From Gordius albopunctatus (taxonomy: Eukaryota), in contig OZ193910.1 in the NCBI GenBank assembly GCA_964276515.1, forward strand, positions 3,224,001-3,288,000: DNA of 64,000 nucleotides. Reading direction: 5' to 3'. Below, in pieces: positions 54,510 to 64,000 of this stretch. The notes under the pieces were generated by a model. The model was not told the origin of the DNA. It did no database searches and worked only from the letters and a program-made list of their open reading frames with translations. Made by a program: the position numbers and the translations under genes. Positions within the stretch are counted from its first letter, which is position 1. Every line of letters begins with the position of its first letter.

Positions 54510-55777
54510 CAGTGGCGTATGCAAGGGGGTGGACATGCGGATCAAACCACCCCCGCGGATTTCGAAAAAATATATTTTTTCTAATATCGCATTATATAAT
54601 AAATATTATAAAATGAGTTTTAATTAACTATGAGGAGCACTTATTTTCAACAACCATTAAAATATTTTTAAGCGTTAATATATATTTACTGAATTTTCCT
54701 TGTGGTTATAAAACGTAAGCATTTTATATGAATTCCTCTATCAATTTGAATAAAAGAAAAGGCTCGGTATTTAAATATTGTGCCAAAAAAGTTAATCATG
54801 TGGAAGAAGGACCTGCTGGTGGTAAGATTTTAAAATGATTATAGTTACATGTTAATTTTAGATTTAGTTTATGTGGAAAAAGGACCTGCTGGTGGTAAGA
54901 TTTTAAAATGATTACAATTAGATGTTAATTTCAGATGTAGTTCATGTGGAACAAGATTCTTGTACATCAACATCACCACCAGATATTTCAATGAACAATA
55001 GAAATAATTATGATATAGCAAACTTTATCAAAAAAATATAGAAGATTAGAATAACGCTGTATAATGCATTCTTAGACACATTTTTGGTAGAAATGGACAC
55101 AAGGTTTCTTCAGAATAAACAAATTCTTATGGGGTTTCATGCTTTACTACTACAACCACCTGTAAAGCTATCTAAAGCTAAATTGACAAACTTTTTGAAT
55201 TTAACTCATTTTTATGGGGATGATTTGAATGGAAATCAAGAACTATACGAAGCTGAAATCAAACCCTGGTATCAATCATTCAAAGATTGTAACCCTGAAG
55301 CCCTCCCTTCCAATGCACTAAATGCATTGTCCGATCACAGTCCCAAACTGTTCTTATATCCAAATATAAGAACGTTATACCAGATTTTTTCTAATGAAAG
55401 AAGTTTTTCAACGCTCAGATGACTCAAAACCTACTTGAGGAATACAACTGGTCAAGAGAGGTAAATACATTTTATTAAAAATTCTTAATTTTGTATAGGC
55501 TCATAGGTTTGACCTTGTAAAATATTCATAGAGATTTTGTTCCAGACACTCAAGATATAATCAATGAATTATTGTCTAAATCGCGCAGATAATTTTTCCC
55601 CATACTATTTCATCAAATTATATGATATGACGTTTATAATAAATATCTTTTGTGAGTGTGCTTGTATTTAAATAAATTGTAAAATTGAGATGATTTTTAT
55701 TTAACCCCCCCCCCAAAAAAAAAAAATAAAAATAAATTTAAAACCACCCCCAAAATCAAATCCTGCATACGCCACTG
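54510..55777 (+). mobile_element. hAT (Tip100/ZMYM1-like) deletion derivative with an intron-containing transposase remnant, 1268 bp
   Basis: TIR CAGTGGCGTATGCA; perfect 8-bp TSD TTGTATTT. C-terminal remnant YPNIRTLYQIF...ERSFSTLR*LKTYLRNTTGQER. Confidence 0.92.
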
Positions 55778-56873
55778 TTGTATTTGCAGCCTGTGCAGAG
55801 CTTTAGATGTAATTAGTAGATATTTATACTCCTAAAACATGATAATAACAAGTACCTTCAAAGAGGGATTTGAATAAATCGTAAAAGAACTCATTAAACA
55901 CGCCTAGATACTTTTTGCAATTTACATAATTAAAGATTAAAAAATAAAATAGATTTGTTATATACTTTTCATAATTTGTTCTGGTTAACTTTTATATGGG
56001 ATAATTGTATATAAGCTTTCACCCCTAAGATTAATGATTACATAAAATTAGTGTGATAAACTCAACTATTTGTTATTTTTCGGAACGCCGTTGTTCGATA
56101 ACTTATATTTGACTCTGTTTAACCGCTTATTCGTTATCATTATTGGAAACGGTAATGTTGCTCAATATTGATCATATTCTAATTAAGTCTTTTATTAATT
56201 TAATAGTTTTATGAAATATGTTTATTATTTACTTTTTGATCACAATAAGAACTATATTAAATATTATGTCTGATTGTGTAAATAAAATATTTTGTTTGTA
56301 AGATTAATTTTCTACTTATTATGATTTAATTAAAAAAACTTAGCTATGAATATATTTTATATTCAAAATAAAATGGACTCGTTTTGCCTAGGTTTTTAAA
56401 CCAAATGTTATCTCTGATTTTTCTAAATCTTATTTGGCCTCTCATAATTTGTCTTTATTCAATTATGATAAATTTTCTAGATTATGTGATAATTATCTCA
56501 GATATTTGTATAGTGATTTTTATTATAATTCCTCTATTGATTTTGAATTATATACTCAATAATTTTCTTTTTATTAAAAGTATATATATTCATAGTAATT
56601 AATGATTGTAGATGATTAAACTTTATAATAATCATAGTGTAGTGTGAATTGTACATTTAATACATCCTTAATAATTTTTTTAGTTTGAATAATTCATTAT
56701 TGGCTGCTTGAAGATTATAGAAACATCATAAATTATAAAAAACATTTTTTTTGATAATTCCTTTTAAAAAAAGTTTTTATAAAACTCATAATATTTTTAT
56801 TTTAAATATGGTGATTAATTTGCATCTCCATATATTTCTTTACAAATAATGCCAATGAAAAATGGTCAAGTAG

Positions 56874-57026
56874 TTTGGCATAGCTAGGATTGGAACTAGA
56901 GGGAGGTAATTATGATTTTGGGAGGGCAAAATAAAATTTTTTTGAATATTAGCCAGAATTATATGAAATAAATAAGAATTTATGGATATAGAGGGGAGCA
57001 GCCCTCCCTCTCTGGTTTTGCCCATG
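56874..57026. mobile_element. CATGGGCGTAGCC-family MITE (degenerate)
   Basis: Family core; right end GCCCATG. Confidence 0.65.
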
Positions 57027-58607
57027 TTTGAGTACAAGTATGAATTGTTTAGACAATATTTTGGATCAACCTAGAAGGTGCAAATTGTTAAAAATTTAAG
57101 ATAAAGATTCCTAGGTCCAACACTTAAGTTTAGCTAGCAATTTTTGGGAATTGTAGTGCTCTCTTTGCACATTACTTTGAACCAAAATTGAATATACATT
57201 TGAAATTACTTAATAAACTATTAATTTTATTTATTTATATGCCTCTAAGTTAAATTTGTATGTGTAAGCTATAAACATCAAAAATGCCATATTGTTTTAT
57301 ATAAGACTTTTTAATTTTAGTCAGTATCTTCTATTTCTCAAAATTATCCTTTATTAGCAATTTTAAATAGTCTTGTTGAGGTAATTGATGCAATATAATA
57401 AAAATTAAAATAGATAAAAAGCTTTTAATCATTTTAATGTCTATTTTGAATTTATTTTATGATCAAAAAAATTACTCCCCTGCTGCAGTTTTTTTAAAAA
57501 ATTTCTTTATAAAAAAATAAGAATATTTACCGTGAGAGTTAACACAAAGACATTCGTAGATACCTCAAAAGTCTATAAATTCGCTCTCTTTGTTCCCGAG
57601 ATTTTTACGTTTTTAGCCCGGTATTTTCCTACTTTAAATTAAACTCGTAAACTTGCAATGAAAGAAACTTGATTGAGTCTAATGTTTGTATCAGCGTTAG
57701 CCGCTTTTACAACACTAGTTTGTATCCTGGTTACAAGTATATATCTTCAACGCTTTATGATATGCTAAAATATCGAAAACGAAAGGATGTTTTGCTGAAA
57801 TTGAATTTAGCATCATGGAGCTAAATTGATCGAACCAACTAAGGAATATACAGATTTAAATGGGATTTAGCTCAAAAAGGCCATATGCCCAGCTCTCGAA
57901 AATATTTTTAAGCGCGATGTGATTAAGATAGTGCCACATTGCTAAATCTTTCAAGTAATCTTTAATTAATAAATATTTTAATAATCAACAATGCACGGAT
58001 CAATTTTTTTTGATCCGATCCGTTCCGAGGGGTTTTTGAAAAATTTAATATCCATCCGATCCGATCCGACATTTTCTAATTAAAATTTTACGAACATAAC
58101 TTTTTATTGATGATTAAATTCAAAATACATAAAAATAAGGTAATGCAATTTTAATAGACCTGAAATAAATATAAAATTTTATTTGTCTAATTCTATATTA
58201 TCATATAAAAATAATGAATCTAAATTTTCTGGTTTAATTCGCGTTAGAGGTGTGCACTTGATCCGATCCGAGTTTTTTAAAATCTAAATCCTAATCCGTG
58301 CACACCTCTACTGTGAATGTCATTGCATAAAATCGGTGTGTTTGGATTGATAACGTAGGTAACACGATATTTCTGGTTATTATAGCCCATCATCGGGGGA
58401 AAAAAGCGAATTTTAATTTTTTCCATTTTTGATTGTAATTCTAATAATAAATTATTATCACTAATTTCCTGCCAGGCGAGTCGTTCCTTCTTTTTAGTTT
58501 TTTCAATTTGAATTCGTAGTTATGTGTGATTAAATAGTTGAAAGGTTTATTTTATATTTAGGCGGAATCATCGTAACCGGACCAAATCATTTTTGCCTGA
58601 GACAACC

Positions 58608-61600
58608 ATGGTAAGAGCGAAACATTATCCAAGCCCTTTTTTATTCATCTTTGCGAGGTCGCCATTTGAATATTGCGATTTAAACGAACTAAACTAGTTA
58701 ATTTTTTGAAAAAGCGTAACAATCATTTAAATTATCTTAAAGTCGCGATAGTCGTATAGGGGCCAAAATGTAGGGGACAAACCTCGATGTAAGTTAGGAG
58801 GCGTTATGAAAGTGCGCTAAACGATGTTAAGCGAAAAGTTAGGACACTACTCATTTATAAAAAAATATAGTGCACATATTTGGCTTCCTTTATAATTTGG
58901 ACTTGATGGAACGACTTCAAAATAATAATATATATATTTCCCTATTATCAACTCTAAACATTTGTAATTGAGGCTCTAAATTTTTGCTTCGCCTAGCTTG
59001 GCGCTCATCAAGCATCTCATGTATTAAATGATATAATAGATTTAGCAATCTTTAAGTTGTTTAAAGAACTTTTTGCCCATCACAAAATTTTTTGTATGAT
59101 ACCAAACTAGAGTTTATTATAAAAATATGTAACATTGATTTGAGCCTTTCGTTAGGTATAGTATTGTGAAATTACGAGAAAAGATTATAAAAACCAGGGG
59201 CTTTGCTTACGATTGCTTTAATAACATAGACTACTAACGGTATCGATCGACTGCCTTACAACTTATTTTTGCATTCAAACCTAAATCAAAACATTCGTTG
59301 AAATTTATTAAAATTATGTCCAAAATTTCGAAAAATGATCATTTTGTCGTTTCATAAAGCATTTCCCATCCCCATGCTGGCTACGCCCATGTCGCCAGCC
59401 CATTTTATTAAATAGTCTGTTTTAATCTGTGATTTAGGACGAAATTTTTGGTAAGTACTTCAAATCGATAGACGAGTTGATGGAAGCGAAAAAGCGATAC
59501 GAAGACTGCGTTTTCACGAATTATTACATATCAACCTCTCTGCTATTGCCACGTGGTGATAAATATACCGAAGACGATATCAAGCGATTCCGGTATAAAT
59601 CCCTGAAATTCAGTTGCATCAAGGGTGGTAAGAGGTTCATTAGCCATTCTTCGGGCCAGAGAAATGCCGTGAGCAGGAAGAGCGATTGCAAAAATTTCGT
59701 TTCGTTCAAGCTCATAGCGTTGAAGTCTTCTTACGCCTTCGTGCTGAACAAGTTCCACTGGGAACACAATCACCCCCTGAGTAATTGAATCATGCGTCAA
59801 GTTCTTGTTTAAAAAAAATTTTTTGCCTATAATGCGAATTACAGAGGGAATTTTTAGGATAAGATCGGTGAAATTACTTGAATAGCATCACCAGCGTTCT
59901 CGAAAATCGACTGAAATCGGTTGGAAAGGTCGTAGTGAATTAGTACCTTCATACTTTAAACTAATTTAATAGGAATATATTTAAAAGTGTAACAAGGAAT
60001 GGGATCCAGTATAACTTTTAACAACATTTGATAGCATTCTTAAACATGGTTCCTTACTATGTACGTATGTTATTTTAGTTTTTAGAGGTAAATTGCGGCC
60101 TTGATTTCGCTATTTTAGAATTTCTCGTCTAATTTTTTTTTAAATGTTTGTGGTTTAACCTGCTCACGGTGTGTTGAAACTAAATTTAAGGTAAAAGTGA
60201 GTTTGTCTAATTTGGATAGCAATGTTTTCATGCACGAAAGTTGTAATTTTAATTCTGTGTTAGTGGGTTTACTGTATACAAATGTCCCTAAAAACTGCAA
60301 CTTAGTTAACTTTTTCAACAGACTTAAAACTCTTCATCATGAGATTATCAAAATTTAAGTTTTTTATTTCATTTGAAATATTTATAAACCATATAAGCTG
60401 TTATTTTAACTATATTAAATTATTATCGATCGACAGGCGAAGAATCGTACATGTTGTTACCGCGTCAACGCAAAATGACGGAGTCCGAAGTTGCCTTGGC
60501 CAAAGAACGTTTCGACACCGACGGGAACGTCATGAAGCTGCAGTCTATGCTCATGCAAAATGGGAAGGTAGTTCTCCTAAAGGATTTGCACAATTTGCGA
60601 GCCAGCTTACGGAATAACGTGGACAAAAAAGATCTCATAAACGCCATAGACACTTTGTGCGGCCACGAGGGAGGCAAGAGCGTGATAGAAGTTTATTTGG
60701 AGGGCAAGCAATTCGCTGGCATCTACTTTCAAAGCCGGGCGCAGCGAGAGCTATTCAACACCTTTCCCCAATTCCTGTGCGTCGAGACGGGTTACAAGCT
60801 GAACGCCTACAAATTGCCCTTCTTCCTCCTCATGTGCATAGACAATCACGGAACCTGTCGGGTCGTAGCTTCTTTCCTCGTAAAAACGACGAAATATTCG
60901 CAAATTCGTTATTTCTACGATATTTTCGCGAAAAATAATCCGGCCTGGCCCGAGGTCCGAACCATTATAACGGATAACGTGACTGCTCATAGGCAAGCGC
61001 TTGAAGAAGTCTTTCCCGCCGCTAAATTAGACCTGAGCCCGGCTTACGTATACCAAACGTTCAGGAAAGAGATGTGCCCACAAAAAATGAATTTAACCGA
61101 TACCCAATGTGCCCTGGTGCATAAAATCCTCAAATCCATGATCTATTCCAAAAGTCCTTCTCACTACGATCAAACGCACGCCATGCTAAAACGTCTCAAT
61201 TTTCCCACCGTAGGCGCTCACTTCGACACGACCTGGCACGGGGCGCGAGAGGATTGGTCTTTCGCCTTTAAAAACACCCTCGCCAGTCGTTTGAATTTAA
61301 CGAGCGGTAAAGGGGAGAGTTACAACCGCATAACCGCTGCGCTGTACAAAAGATTTGCGTCCGTGAACGAATTTTGGAAGAATTACACTTTTTGCATGAC
61401 CTCGGGGCAGCTAGAGACTAATGTAGTCAAATCTAACGATAAACATTGCAGAAACGCGTCAACATTGCTCAGGACTCCCGAAAGCCAGTTTAACGAATTG
61501 CTGACTCCTTTCGCGTTTAAAATAGTTTCTCAACAAATCAGAGCCTCCAAAGATATTATTGCCCTCCCACCCGAAATCGCCTCGCAAATCACACCGACCT

Positions 61601-63262
61601 ACTGTACCTGCGACTTTTTCTCGTCCGTTCTCCTACCGTGTTCTCACATTTTCAAGCTGAGGGAAACACTTCAATTGCCTCTGTTTTACCCCGCACTCTG
61701 CCACGAAAGATGGTCCAAATCAATCGAAACCAATGCCCCAGAAGTCGACCTTATTCAATCGGCGCCCGTTAATGGATCCGATCTAAAGGCTATCAAAGTC
61801 GAACTTACGAAAAGTCAAAAATATGAAGTTTTCAGTAATAAGTTGGCGGAACTGGCTACTATCGCTAGCGAGCTCGACGACGATAAATTTGACGCTTGCA
61901 TGAACTTTTTGGATCAACTGAAGGCCGACATGAAAGCGCACAAATTGCAGGGCACTACGAGTATGCTTTTTTTGGACCGTTTTGTTTTAAGATTATTGAA
62001 ATTATTTAGGTGTGGACATTGGAGTGGGAGATATTAATGAACAGCCACTTTGCTATGATCCCGTTACCAAAGGTATATTAAGTACGCTTTGAAGTGCTTA
62101 ATAAATGTTTTTAGAAACTGTTTTGGTGAAGTTAGAAGCAAATCATATGCTGTCGTCTAAATCAAGTAAACCGCTAGACGTGGAAAAACTTCAGATTGAA
62201 AAGCCAATTTCGGAACGTAAGATAGTTTTGTACATAATAAAATAGCTTTATAATGTAGCTAACGTTATAGAAGCGCCCAAAATTCAACCGTCTTTATGGG
62301 ATTCTTACAGAATTTTCAGCCCGGGTAAAGTTTATTTGATCCTTATAATTTTACTTTTATTTTAGAAGCTCAAGCCTACTTTACCGAAGCCTTGCACACT
62401 AGTGAGTGATACTAGCATAGAGACTACGCTACCATACATCTAATGCACACTTAAATTATATCATTGCATAACATTACATTTTTCATCATTTAGTTTGTGG
62501 GAAATTGTATTTTTACAAGCTTATATTGTCTAATTTCTAAAATATAAAAATAATTCACCCATGGATGTTTCGATATTAATGTGAAGACCAAAATATATTT
62601 CTGACCATTATATGATTTATGATAATTAAAAAAATTTAAGTGTATGAGAAGGTTCGTTCGGCTTGATTTATTTAATAATCTCCTCTCCCATATCAGACTC
62701 GGAGGAAGGGAAAGGAATATCGAGGGATAGGCAGAAAAAGAAGAGACGCGATTATCAATCGATCGAATGGCGTGAGAAAGGGATTTATGATACCGAAGCT
62801 GAGGCTAAAGAGGCTCTCAGCGCCGAAAATGTATGGGGCTACTGGTATAAGAATGAAACCGAACAAGGTCCCAAAGTTTATTACCGGTATTTAAGAGTAG
62901 CCCTTGAACGATATAATTTATTTAGGTGCAAGTGTGTTAAATACCGCGGGCCCCAATGCCAAGCTCGGTGTTATCTCTTATACGAATACATGACGAAAAA
63001 GGTGATTATGTACACCACCACAGCGCGACATACTCATGAAATGATGCCCAAAAAATTGTCAAATATTAAGGATCTCGTTAAAAAGGAGATTTGTAGAATG
63101 TTTTACCTTGGAATCAAACCTAAGGCTATAATGGAAAATATTAAGAAGCTTAAACAACCTGCCCCTTCGATGACACAATTGAGAAATTTTTTGGCCGTTT
63201 TGAAGAAAAAAAACATGACCCTTTCGGAAATTGTAACCATGACTACTAATAACCCTTTCTGA
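58608..63262 (+). CDS. Domesticated Mutator/MULE transposase-derived protein (ZSWIM1/3- or FAR1-like): WRKY/GCM-type Zn finger, MULE RNase-H-like domain, SWIM finger, plus a second C-terminal Zn-finger/helical module; ~887 aa
   Basis: Exons 58608-58610 (ATG only), 59438-59780, 60437-61960, 62010-62072, 62115-62216, 62259-62324, 62366-62401, 62697-62886, 62926-63262; all GT-AG, in phase, no internal stops. Motifs: FSCIKGG...KSDC...WEHNH; GIYFQS...FPQFLCVETGYKLN...IITD; SWIM CTCDFFSSVLLPCSH; C-terminal YRCKCVKYRGPQC...HTH. Linkage of the last two exons to the main exon is inferred from splice phase. Confidence 0.85.
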
Positions 63263-64000
63263 TCTTATCGAATGAAAATTACTTTAAAAAAGCTAGCCTC
63301 GTTTGTATTATAAAATTGCATTAACGATAAGTAGTCATAATATAGCGATAAACGAATGATATCTATAATATTATTATTATATAGCCACTAAACTACGTAA
63401 TTAAGGATTTGACGAACCCATAAATCTATTTCATTAAAAAGCTTTTTGACGTTATATACATGTATATTAAAATTGAAAAGCTTAGTGAATTTAATTTTTA
63501 GTAAGCACTTTTGATGTAAAAGATTCAAAAAAAGCTTTCAAAATATCTTGACATCAATAGATGATAACCATATATGTACATCAGCACTTATAAATTAGTA
63601 GGAAAATTTGGTGTAGATATTAAAACTTGACATTACTTTTTGAATTTAACAAAAAACGCATTTAAATTGGCAGATATTAAATCAAACATTCGAGTAAATG
63701 TATTTTTATTCAAACATACTGAAATTGAATATGAAACTTATAAAGCTTGCGAGATGAAAGTGCTATATAGGCGTGGAGGTGATCACAATTTTTTCATATA
63801 TATTAATAGCGTAAGGACGTTAAGATTTACAAATAAATAACGTTTATAATTAATATATATGTATATGAATAATAAACTTAAAGTGTAATATCGAGGTACC
63901 CAAACTTCAGATACTATTAATGTTGCAGGGTAAGTTAAACTTAGTCATACGTGACTAGATAAAATCATAGATCAACAACTAAAAGTGTTCAATATCAAGG

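Noticed and set aside
56384..56602. Short I/L/F/N/K-rich ORFs in AT-rich DNA (also 2489, 3696, 4661, 17534, 36275, 53103, 63640)
   Set aside because: Composition is as expected for random AT-rich or MITE sequence; no splice context or motifs.
59524..60996. Alternative-frame and antisense ORFs within the MULE-derived gene
   Set aside because: Short overlaps of a GC-richer coding exon with no recognisable motifs.

Overview
AT-rich eukaryotic genomic DNA, most likely from an invertebrate animal (species cannot be assigned from this window), with compact spliceosomal introns of 35-80 nt and dense transposon debris. I assembled four spliced protein-coding genes by hand from splice sites and reading phase. 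(1) A 24-exon EML/EMAP-family microtubule-associated protein on the minus strand (7679-23671, ~1769 aa) with a very long low-complexity N-terminus. (2) A 4-exon BTB-BACK gene on the minus strand (33727-36181). (3) A 9-exon CtIP/RBBP8/Sae2 orthologue on the plus strand (47477-49112). (4) A 9-exon Mutator/MULE-derived ZSWIM1/3-like gene on the plus strand (58608-63262), with degenerate catalytic motifs and an apparent second, spliced-on MULE-type zinc-finger/helical module. Mobile DNA includes an internally deleted piggyBac (TTAA TSD), several hAT derivatives and many hAT-type MITEs with 8-bp TSDs, RTE and CRE-like LINE fragments, a Gypsy 3' remnant, a solo LTR and non-autonomous Helitrons. One Helitron carries a 2.36-kb almost perfect (ACAT)n array. 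The first 4.6 kb holds a run of GT-AG-bounded small exons with stops in all frames, a candidate spliced non-coding or snoRNA-host transcript. All gene models are manual and unverified by transcripts.
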